The notes under the pieces were generated by a model. It was not told where the DNA came from, ran no database searches, and was given only the letters and a program-made list of their open reading frames with translations. Source: Muribaculaceae bacterium (GTDB lineage: Bacteria; Bacteroidota; Bacteroidia; Bacteroidales; G3-4614). Taken from it: a stretch of DNA of 64,000 bases. The stretch lies in NCBI GenBank assembly GCA_017546805.1, contig JAFYRT010000067.1:2457-66456 (forward strand), in the 5' to 3' direction. Shown piece after piece: positions 56,774-64,000 of this stretch; within the stretch, counting starts at the first letter, position 1; each line of letters opens with the position of its first letter. A program made the translations under genes and the position numbers.

Positions 56774-57280
56774 ATGAAACGAAATTATATCAAACAATTG
56801 TTAATGTTGGTGGCATTCATGCCTTTAGCATATCCACAGGCTCAAGAAGTTGAGTATATGAATGTATTTCTAAAATCACAAGGTTCATTTCAATCTATCA
56901 GCATAGATAACATCGATAAAATTACCTTCCCTTCGGCAGATGAAGTCTCTATTACCATATCAGGCGTAGCAACACCAATGGCAATAGAAAATATTAAATT
57001 TATCGCCTTTGGTAATACAGATATAACAGCCATAGAGGAGAGCAAAACAGAAATTTCAGAAATAACAATAAACTATATCCCCTCAGTTAGTGAGGTATGC
57101 ATAACTTCGCCCGAAGCAATAGCACAAGTGCAAATATATAATATGCAAGGAGTGTTGATGCAATCACAAATACCCGGCATAGAGACAGCTACTCTTAATG
57201 TAAGTGCATACCCCAACGGAATCTACATAGTAGCAGTACAATCAAACGGAAAAGTAGAGGCGAAGAAGTTTATAAAATAG
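56774..57280 (+). CDS. Small secreted protein with a T9SS C-terminal sorting domain
   Basis: 168 aa with a signal peptide. The C-terminal half VQIYNMQGVLMQSQ...NGIYIVAVQSNGKVEAKKFIK looks like a Por_Secre_tail. Confidence 0.6.
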   Translation: MKRNYIKQLLMLVAFMPLAYPQAQEVEYMNVFLKSQGSFQSISIDNIDKITFPSADEVSITISGVATPMAIENIKFIAFGNTDITAIEESKTEISEITINYIPSVSEVCITSPEAIAQVQIYNMQGVLMQSQIPGIETATLNVSAYPNGIYIVAVQSNGKVEAKKFIK

Positions 57281-57303
57281 TTGAGGAACATTCGTTCCTC
57301 GAA
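57281..57303 (+). repeat. Conserved 23-nt hairpin element, copy 2 (TTGAGGAACATTCGTTCCTCGAA), starting right after the stop codon
   Basis: See 40270-40292. It has the same ends, the same loop and two covarying pairs. Confidence 0.6.
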
Positions 57304-57492
57304 CCCGCTATCGTTCGGCATAATTTAATAAACTAAACTATGCTCTCACTTAATCGCGGCTTTGTTAGTTTTTAGTTGTACGGTACTTCGTACTTTAGTT
57401 TTTAGCAAATAAAGACTCTAACAACTAACAACAACCCGAAGGGCGGCAGAGTTTTGCGATGCCGACAACAAACAACTCAAAAAAAAAGAAAG

Positions 57493-59253
57493 ATGAAAAC
57501 AAGACTAATTACACTGTTAATAGTGATATTTGCAGTAGTAGGCATTGCTTATGCACAAAAGAATATAAATATCTATAAAAATGGAAAGGTATTGTATAGT
57601 CTTTCCGTTGTTGATGTTGACAGCATAAAATTTGAGAATAAGAGATATCACAATGGTTACGAATATGTTGACCTTGGATTCTCAAGTGGAATAAAATGGG
57701 CAACATGCAATGTGGGTGCTAACTCGCCCGAGGAGTACGGAGAATACTTCGCTTGGGGAGAAATAACTACAAAGAAAAATTACAATTGGGAAACATATAA
57801 ATATTGTAATGGTTCATCATTTACACTTACTAAATACTGCACAAATTCAAATTATGGTATAGTTGACGACAAGACAATACTTGACTTGGAGGATGATGTT
57901 GCAAGTGTAAGGATGGGAGGAGAATGGCGTATGCCGACAAGAATAGAACAAGAGGAGTTGCTAAATAATTGTACATGGGAGTGGACCGAAGAAAACGGAG
58001 TTGATGGATATAGAGTTACAAGCCATATAAACAGCAATTCTATATTCCTCCCTGCAGCCGGGTATCATAATGCTAATAGAATTAAAAATGGCAACTATTG
58101 GTCAAGTTCGGTTGATTCATCTTGTGCATACTATTTGAACTTCAATGAAGAGGGTGATATACGAGAATACATTTACAATCGTTCGTTTGGATTCTCTGTG
58201 CGTGCAGTGTATGATTCGCGTCCTGTGTATACTGTTTCTGTAGTATCTTCAAATGAGAATAATGGAAAGGCAGAAGCTTCTGCTTCAGAAATTAAAGAGG
58301 GAGATGAAATAACTTTGGTGGCAACACCGGAAGAAGGTTATCGATTTGTAAGTTGGAGCATTAACGGAGAAAAAGTTAGTTGCATAAATCCTTTCACTAT
58401 TAATGTCACCTCAGATGTGGAGGTAGTTGCCAAATTTAAAGAGTTGCCAAAACAACCTTTGAGAATTTTGGCAATAGGAAACAGTTGGTCAACCAATGCC
58501 ACACAGTATTTAAAAAATATTTTGGCAAACTTGGGAATTGAAGCCACTGTATATAACGTGGTAAAGGGAGGTGCATCTCTAAAAGGATACTATAATAATA
58601 CCAAAAACAATACAAGAGAGTATTTTTGGACAATAAACGGAGTAAGAGATGATAATGATGGAAATAAATATTCTATAAGTGAAATATTAGACAAAGGAGA
58701 GTTTGATATTATTACCGTACAACAGGTAAGTGGGGATGGAGGTGCTTATGACACATTTCAACCTTACATAAATAAATTTATTTCTTTTATCGAAGATAAG
58801 GAGGCATATGATCCTATTATATATTTCCATTCTACTTGGGCATTCCCTGATTTTTGTAATCATCCATATCTTGAAAGCAAATATGAAGGCAGTAGTGATG
58901 TAATGTATTCATCTATTTTCTCTACATGGAGAAATATTATTAAGGACGAAAATATGGATAAGATTATTCCATCTACATACGCAGTACAAGAAATCAGAAA
59001 AATTGAAGGAATTGGAGATATAGATCAACCAGATGGAAGACACCTCTCTCCTATTGGATGTTTTGCCGTTGGTTGCGTATGGGCTGAAACTTTTATAAAA
59101 GATCTTGGTTTAAACAAAACTATTATTGACTTAACATACAATCCTACATCTTTAAGCAGTGAGCATTTCAATCTTATAAAGAATATCGCCAAAACTGCCG
59201 TAGAACGAAGAGGAATAGATTATAATATATCTTACGACAATATAAATAAGTAA
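57493..59253 (+). CDS. Secreted fusion protein with three parts: a FISUMP/DUF1566-like lectin-fold domain, an InlB-B-repeat-like Ig domain and a DUF4886 (SGNH-hydrolase-like) domain
   Basis: The track ORF starts at 57454, but the signal peptide MKTRLITLLIVIFAVVGIAYAQ starts at 57493. The first domain reads GYEYVDLGFSSGIKWATCNVGA...YFAWGE...WRMPTRIEQEEL...IFLPAAGY...YWSS...GFSVRAV. It is followed by VSVVSSNENNGKAEAS...EGYRFVSWSINGE and then LRILAIGNSWSTNATQYLKNI. Confidence 0.7.
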   Translation: MKTRLITLLIVIFAVVGIAYAQKNINIYKNGKVLYSLSVVDVDSIKFENKRYHNGYEYVDLGFSSGIKWATCNVGANSPEEYGEYFAWGEITTKKNYNWETYKYCNGSSFTLTKYCTNSNYGIVDDKTILDLEDDVASVRMGGEWRMPTRIEQEELLNNCTWEWTEENGVDGYRVTSHINSNSIFLPAAGYHNANRIKNGNYWSSSVDSSCAYYLNFNEEGDIREYIYNRSFGFSVRAVYDSRPVYTVSVVSSNENNGKAEASASEIKEGDEITLVATPEEGYRFVSWSINGEKVSCINPFTINVTSDVEVVAKFKELPKQPLRILAIGNSWSTNATQYLKNILANLGIEATVYNVVKGGASLKGYYNNTKNNTREYFWTINGVRDDNDGNKYSISEILDKGEFDIITVQQVSGDGGAYDTFQPYINKFISFIEDKEAYDPIIYFHSTWAFPDFCNHPYLESKYEGSSDVMYSSIFSTWRNIIKDENMDKIIPSTYAVQEIRKIEGIGDIDQPDGRHLSPIGCFAVGCVWAETFIKDLGLNKTIIDLTYNPTSLSSEHFNLIKNIAKTAVERRGIDYNISYDNINK

Positions 59254-59436
59254 TACTAAGTAGGAGCGTTTAATATACAACCAAAGAGGCTGGCTAAAAA
59301 TAGTCCTTTTTATTTAACCCTTAGACAAGAGAGTGTGCCCAGTTTTCCATTTGGGTCACTCTCTTGTTATATTTAAACAATATCAAGCATAGGTCCGTTT
59401 GAGATAATATCTCAGCTAACAACTGATATCTGACAA

Positions 59437-59985
59437 CTATTTACTATGCACCACCATTTTTTTGCCATGTCCTTTCATTTTGCAACAATTAACAGAAAAA
59501 GGTTGTGAGTTTTCACGCTCTTTATAACCCTCATATGCAATTTTTTGAACAGGGTTCAGTGTCTCCACAAAACGCTCTTCAGCTTTAGCCTGTTTCCTTA
59601 AATGGCGCGTTTTCATAGCTGATTCTTCGTGACGGTAATTGGTTCTCTCTTTGCTCTCCATCAGATTTAGTTTATAAAGTCTTTCGGTCTGTTTGTCGTT
59701 CAAATGGAGTTTGTGTCGCATATTTTCGGTCTTAAATTCTGCCCAATCACGAGGAGTCATGGCATTACCTCTCTTTTCTGAGAGAACTCTGTAAAATGGA
59801 ATAGTTTCGTGCTTCATGCTAACAATCGAGTCATGTCCATTATGGCTTATGATTTCCAGACTGTTAAGAGTTAGAGTATCTCTAACAATTATGCTTCTTT
59901 TCATATCACTGTGATGTCTCTCTTTTGCCGAACCGCTAAAGGCAAAAAGAGCGCTTAGAGCAACAATAAGATAAAGTTTTTCCAT
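59437..59985 (-). CDS. Hypothetical secreted protein
   Basis: The signal peptide MEKLYLIVALSALFAFSGSA starts at the ATG at 59983-59985. The track start at 60027 would overlap the divergent gene. The protein is basic and helical, with a C-terminus CCKMKGHGKKMVVHSK. Confidence 0.45.
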   Translation of the reverse strand: MEKLYLIVALSALFAFSGSAKERHHSDMKRSIIVRDTLTLNSLEIISHNGHDSIVSMKHETIPFYRVLSEKRGNAMTPRDWAEFKTENMRHKLHLNDKQTERLYKLNLMESKERTNYRHEESAMKTRHLRKQAKAEERFVETLNPVQKIAYEGYKERENSQPFSVNCCKMKGHGKKMVVHSK

Positions 59986-60047
59986 ACTAAATAAATTGAA
60001 GTTTACTATAATACATTCTACTCGCAAAATAGTTCGGCAAAAAGCAT

Positions 60048-60055
60048 TATCTTTG
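60048..60055 (+). promoter_or_regulatory. -7 box TATCTTTG upstream of the acetyltransferase-like gene
   Basis: Exact match, 19 nt upstream of the ATG at 60074. Confidence 0.4.
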
Positions 60056-60073
60056 TTTAAAATAACAACAATT

Positions 60074-61210
60074 ATGACAAAAGTACGTTTAGAATCGCTT
60101 GATGTATTACGAGGTTTTGACCTCTTTTGTTTAGTGGCATTGGAGAGTATTCTACACCCATTGGCTCATGCTTTGGATAGTGAAGCATTTAATAAATTTA
60201 TGTGGTGTTTTACACATGTTGAGTGGGAGGGATTCTCTTCGTGGGACTTGGTAATGCCGCTGTTTCTGTTTATGACAGGAATAACCATACCATTCTCTCT
60301 TTCGGCTGTAAAACGAGATAAGACTTTGCCGCGTTTACCAATATATACACGCATCTTAAAACGCTTTGTCATACTATGGATATTTGGAATGATATGTCAA
60401 GGTAACCTCTTGGGATTAGACCCCTCACGAATATACCTCTATTCAAATACATTGCAAACCATAGCATTGGGTTATTTGGTCTCATCCATTCTGTTTATAA
60501 ATTTAAAAACAGCAACACAGGTAGTGGTATCTATATCGTTGCTTCTAATCTATTGGGTATTGATGCAATTTGTTTCGGTAGATGGCTTTGGAGGAGGAGA
60601 TTACACGCCAATAGCCAACTTTGCCGAGTGGGTAGATAGAGTAGTGTTAGGTCGTTTTCGCGATGCCGCAACAATCTCTGCAGATGGAACAGTGGAGTTT
60701 GCTTCATGGTATAACTACACATGGATAGTAAGTTCTTTAAATTTTGTGGTGACCGTAATGTCGGGAATGTTTGCAGGAATTATCCTCAAATCGGCAAACT
60801 TTACCGCAAATAAGAAATTTAAATTCTTATTATTTATAGGTGTAGCATTAGTAGTTGTAGGCTATCTTCTTGGATTTGTTCATCCAATAATCAAAAAACT
60901 CTGGACAAGTTCAATGACTATATACAGTAGTGGATGGTGCTATATACTAATGGCATTGTTTTATTGGTTTATTGACGTAAAAGGCTATAGGAGTAGAACA
61001 GAGTTTTTTAAGATATATGGAATGAATTCCATAACAGCCTATATGCTTACAATAGTAGTGAGTTTCAGCAGTATCTCACAATCTCTTTTTCATGGATTAG
61101 AGCAATATGTAGGCGACTATTATCATTTTATAATAGCATTAAGCAACTGCACAATCATATATCTAATTCTTCGATATATGTATAAAAACAATATATTCTT
61201 GAAGGTGTAA
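60074..61210 (+). CDS. Polytopic membrane acyltransferase, DUF5009 / heparan-alpha-glucosaminide N-acetyltransferase (HGSNAT)-like
   Basis: The N-terminus MTKVRLESLDVLRGFDLFCLV matches the RLxSLDxxRG signature of this family. About 10 hydrophobic segments follow. The track ORF starts at 59996, but I prefer the ATG at 60074. Confidence 0.72.
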   Translation: MTKVRLESLDVLRGFDLFCLVALESILHPLAHALDSEAFNKFMWCFTHVEWEGFSSWDLVMPLFLFMTGITIPFSLSAVKRDKTLPRLPIYTRILKRFVILWIFGMICQGNLLGLDPSRIYLYSNTLQTIALGYLVSSILFINLKTATQVVVSISLLLIYWVLMQFVSVDGFGGGDYTPIANFAEWVDRVVLGRFRDAATISADGTVEFASWYNYTWIVSSLNFVVTVMSGMFAGIILKSANFTANKKFKFLLFIGVALVVVGYLLGFVHPIIKKLWTSSMTIYSSGWCYILMALFYWFIDVKGYRSRTEFFKIYGMNSITAYMLTIVVSFSSISQSLFHGLEQYVGDYYHFIIALSNCTIIYLILRYMYKNNIFLKV

Positions 61211-61261
61211 AAATATAGAAAAATAAAATTAAAAATCCCCTTGTTTTTTTCGTCTTTTTAT

Positions 61262-61269
61262 TACCTTTG
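61262..61269 (+). promoter_or_regulatory. -7 box TACCTTTG driving the riboswitch-nrdDG transcript
   Basis: Exact TAnnTTTG match. A TTG lies about 19 nt upstream in the -33 position. Confidence 0.5.
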
Positions 61270-61277
61270 TAACGGAT

Positions 61278-61446
61278 AAAGGTGTTCATGTAGGTATCAA
61301 CCTTCAGGAATGAAAAGGGAACTTCGGTTAAAATCCGAGACTATACCCGTAGCTGTGAGTTTATTATAAAACTCCATGTATTCTAAAAGGCCACTGCCTC
61401 TTTTGGTGGGAAGGTAGCATGGAGGAAACAAGTCAGAAGACCTGCC
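61278..61446 (+). promoter_or_regulatory. Cobalamin (B12) riboswitch
   Basis: The conserved core strings are AAAAGGGAAC..CGGTTAAAATCCGAGAC..TATACCCGTAGCTGTGAG, the B12 box AGGCCACTG....GGTGGGAAGG, and the 3' AGTCAGAAGACCTGCC. It sits in the 5' leader of nrdD. Confidence 0.85.
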
Positions 61447-61572
61447 TTTCTCTGTTAAAATAAGATGCTTTCGGGAGTAAGAGCGTCAATGATAAAGTCT
61501 TTTTTAATAAAAAGATAATATCTCTATCTCTCCGTTAAGTATCATTGGCTGAAAATACTTAAATAAATCTAT

Positions 61573-63780
61573 ATGATACAAACCGTAATAAAACGTGATG
61601 GTCGTATCGTGGGCTTTAACCGCGAGAAAATTGCTGCAGCTATTCGTAAGGCAATGCTAACGACCGAAAGAGGAGAAGATGATGTTCTCGTCTATAAAAT
61701 AGTTGACCGAATTGAATTCCGAGGCAAGGAGCAAGCAACCGTTGAGGAGATTCAAGATATGGTTGAAGTTGAATTGATGGCATCGCCACGTAAAGAGGTT
61801 GCAAAAAGCTACATTGCATATCGCGATAAACGAAGCATTGCACGTAAAGCAAAAACACGTGAGATGTTCCTCGAAATCGTAGAGGCTAAATCAAATGATG
61901 TAACTCGTGAGAATGCCAATATGAATGCCGACACTCCTGCCGGTATGATGATGAAATTTGCATCAGAAACAACCAAGCCATTTGTTGATGACTATTTGCT
62001 TTCAGAAGAGACACTATGGGCTGTAAGAAACAACTATTTGCATATTCACGACAAAGACTATTATCCAACAAAATCTCTTACTTGTATTCAACACCCGTTG
62101 GATAAAATCTTGGAGCATGGTTTTCAAGCAGGACATGGAGAGAGTCGTCCTACAAAACGAATCGAGACAGCATCTATCATGGCATGTATCTCAATGGAGA
62201 CCGTACAAAACGAGATGCACGGAGGACAAGCCATTCCGGCATTCGATTTCTATCTTGCACCATACGTGCGTCGTAGCTATATCGAGGAGGTTAAGAATAT
62301 TGAAAAACTAACAGGATTGGATTTAAAACACCTATACGATATTGAGATAGAAGATTACCTTTTCCAAGAACTCGATTTTATGCAAGGCGATGAGCGATTT
62401 AAACAACACGCCATCAACCGCACAATCAATCGAGTGCATCAGTCAATGGAGGCATTCATACACAATATGAATACCATCCACTCACGAGGCGGAAATCAAG
62501 TAGTATTCTCATCAATAAATTACGGAACAGATACCTCAGCCGAAGGACGTTGTATCATTAGAGAATTATTACAATCAACATACGAGGGAGTAGGAAACAG
62601 TTCAACAGCAATATTCCCGATTCAAATATGGAAAAAGAAACGTGGCGTAAGCTACTTGCCCGAAGATAAAAACTACGACCTTTACCTAATGGCATGTAAA
62701 GTTGCAGCACGTCGATTCTTCCCCAACTTTGTAAACCTTGATGCAACCTACAACCAGCACGAAAAATGGAACGAAAACGATCCAAAACGTTACACATACG
62801 AGGTTGCAACAATGGGATGTCGTACACGCGTTTTCGAAAACCGTTTTGGAGAGAAAACATCGATCGGACGAGGTAACCTATCGTTCTCAACAATAAACAT
62901 CGTACGTCTTGCCATTGAGTGTATGCAGGTTGAAGATAAAACACAAAGAATAGAAAATTTCTTTGCAAAACTCGATGAATTGCTTGAGATAACAGCAAAA
63001 CAACTATGTAATCGTTACGACTTCCAAAAAACAGCATTGGCAAAACAATTCCCATTGTTGATGTCATCATTGTGGACAGGATGCGAGAACTTAAAAGCTG
63101 ATGATACAGTAGGACGAGTAATCAATCAAGGAACACTTGGTATAGGTTTCATCGGATTGGCAGAAGCACTTATCGCATTGGTAGGCAAACACCATGGAGA
63201 GAGTGACGAGGCACAAGCTCTTGGTTTGCGAATAGTAACCTATATGCGCGATAGAGCAAATGAGTTCTCTGAACGTTATCAACATAACTTCAGTGTATTG
63301 GCAACACCGGCCGAAGGTTTGTCAGGACGCTTTACTCGCATCGACCGTAAGAAGTACGGAGAGATTGCAGGCGTAACCGATAAAATCTATTACACTAACT
63401 CAAACCACGTTCCTGTATATTATAAATGTTCACCCAAGCATAAAGCAGAGGTTGAAGCACCTTACCACGATTTAACTCGTGGAGGACATATCTTCTACAT
63501 TGAAATAGACGGAGATGCAACGCACAATCCACAAGCAATTATGGATATTGTCGATTTGATGGATAAGAACAATATCGGATACTGTTCGGTTAACCACAAT
63601 CGCAATCGTTGTATGAATTGTAATTACGAAGATGCACAGCAAGAGTTGAACGTATGCCCAAAATGTGGAAGCGAAAACATTGACAAATTGCAACGCATCA
63701 CAGGCTATCTTGTAGGAACAACCGAGCGTTGGAACAAAGCAAAATTGGCAGAGTTAAATGACCGAGTTATCCACAAATAG
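61573..63780 (+). CDS. nrdD: Anaerobic ribonucleoside-triphosphate reductase (class III)
   Basis: 735 aa. It has an N-terminal ATP-cone (VIKRDGRIVGFNREKIAAAIRKA), a C-terminal Zn ribbon CMNCNY...CPKCGS and the glycyl-radical motif QRITGYLVG. Confidence 0.97.
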   Translation: MIQTVIKRDGRIVGFNREKIAAAIRKAMLTTERGEDDVLVYKIVDRIEFRGKEQATVEEIQDMVEVELMASPRKEVAKSYIAYRDKRSIARKAKTREMFLEIVEAKSNDVTRENANMNADTPAGMMMKFASETTKPFVDDYLLSEETLWAVRNNYLHIHDKDYYPTKSLTCIQHPLDKILEHGFQAGHGESRPTKRIETASIMACISMETVQNEMHGGQAIPAFDFYLAPYVRRSYIEEVKNIEKLTGLDLKHLYDIEIEDYLFQELDFMQGDERFKQHAINRTINRVHQSMEAFIHNMNTIHSRGGNQVVFSSINYGTDTSAEGRCIIRELLQSTYEGVGNSSTAIFPIQIWKKKRGVSYLPEDKNYDLYLMACKVAARRFFPNFVNLDATYNQHEKWNENDPKRYTYEVATMGCRTRVFENRFGEKTSIGRGNLSFSTINIVRLAIECMQVEDKTQRIENFFAKLDELLEITAKQLCNRYDFQKTALAKQFPLLMSSLWTGCENLKADDTVGRVINQGTLGIGFIGLAEALIALVGKHHGESDEAQALGLRIVTYMRDRANEFSERYQHNFSVLATPAEGLSGRFTRIDRKKYGEIAGVTDKIYYTNSNHVPVYYKCSPKHKAEVEAPYHDLTRGGHIFYIEIDGDATHNPQAIMDIVDLMDKNNIGYCSVNHNRNRCMNCNYEDAQQELNVCPKCGSENIDKLQRITGYLVGTTERWNKAKLAELNDRVIHK

Positions 63781-64000
63781 TATCCGAATTCTCGATATAA
63801 AGTATGGCACATCTGTCGATGGAGTGGGGTTGCGAACTTCGCTCTATTGTGCAGGTTGCGAGAACTGTTGCCCCGGGTGTCACAATCCACAATCGTGGGA
63901 TGAAAACGGAGGAGAGGCTGTTTCTGTAGAGGAGTTGTTTCGTCTAATAGAGGAAGCTGATATGAATGTAACCTTTACAGGAGGAGACCCAATGCTTCAC
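63758..64000 (+). CDS. nrdG: Anaerobic RNR activating radical-SAM protein. This is the N-terminal part; it runs off the window end.
   Basis: My own translation from the ATG at 63758 gives MTELSTNSIRILDIKYGTSVDGVGLRTSLYCAGCENCCPGCHNPQSWDENGG...NVTFTGGDPMLH. It has the CxxxCxxC-type cluster motif, overlaps nrdD by 23 nt, and is absent from the ORF track because there is no stop in the window. Confidence 0.9.
   Translation, partial: MTELSTNSIRILDIKYGTSVDGVGLRTSLYCAGCENCCPGCHNPQSWDENGGEAVSVEELFRLIEEADMNVTFTGGDPMLH

Noticed and set aside
57479-57487. A9 homopolymer as a phase-variation switch for the lectin-DUF4886 gene
   Set aside because: The tract lies upstream of the probable start at 57493, where the signal peptide begins. 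Length changes would therefore not shift the reading frame, and nothing suggests that it affects promoter spacing.
62558-63070. 170-aa minus-strand ORF inside nrdD
   Set aside because: It is antisense to nrdD and has no motifs.

Overview
AT-rich, densely coded chromosomal segment that looks like Bacteroidota, probably Bacteroidales. The lineage call rests on four proteins ending in T9SS C-terminal sorting domains, recurrent TAnnTTTG (-7 type) promoter boxes, near absence of Shine-Dalgarno sequences, and Bacteroidales-typical families (DUF3575, DUF3078, LptE-SecG synteny). I found no rRNA, tRNA, CRISPR array, integrase or transposase, so this is core genome rather than a mobile island.

Content from left to right:
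- A heavy-metal RND efflux pair (CusA/CzcA, truncated by the window edge, plus a His-rich adaptor). Before it on the minus strand sit a small His4/Cys-rich membrane protein and a fused cytochrome c biogenesis gene (ccsBA) in a tight cluster with a DUF3078-like barrel.
- pyrG and yidC.
- Two T9SS cargo proteins: a GLUG-repeat protein and a GH16.
- The secG-TPR-lptE-sigma54 activator operon.
- A closed three-gene envelope operon of unknown function. Its last gene encodes a 965-aa protein made of five tandem OmpA-like beta-barrel modules. This is the most unusual thing I see.
- rfbB-rfbA plus two tandem FdtA-like ketoisomerase cupins.
- GH89 alpha-N-acetylglucosaminidase, a DEAD-box helicase, a 1580-aa multidomain T9SS sialidase and a BadF-type sugar kinase.
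- trmH-family, mazG, nrnA-like and glmM.
- The ileS-dksA-like-lspA cluster, cstA, an FAD oxidoreductase and radA.
- A Ser-type sulfatase, a small T9SS protein, a lectin-Ig-DUF4886 fusion and an HGSNAT-like acetyltransferase.
- A cobalamin riboswitch in front of nrdD-nrdG.

Several intergenic regions carry short structured repeats: a covarying TTGAG...CTCGAA hairpin family, TTAGTTG and TTAGTTTTTRG motifs, and an 85-bp tandem duplication with promoter-like and terminator-like parts. All family assignments are from reading the translations and none was verified by a search.
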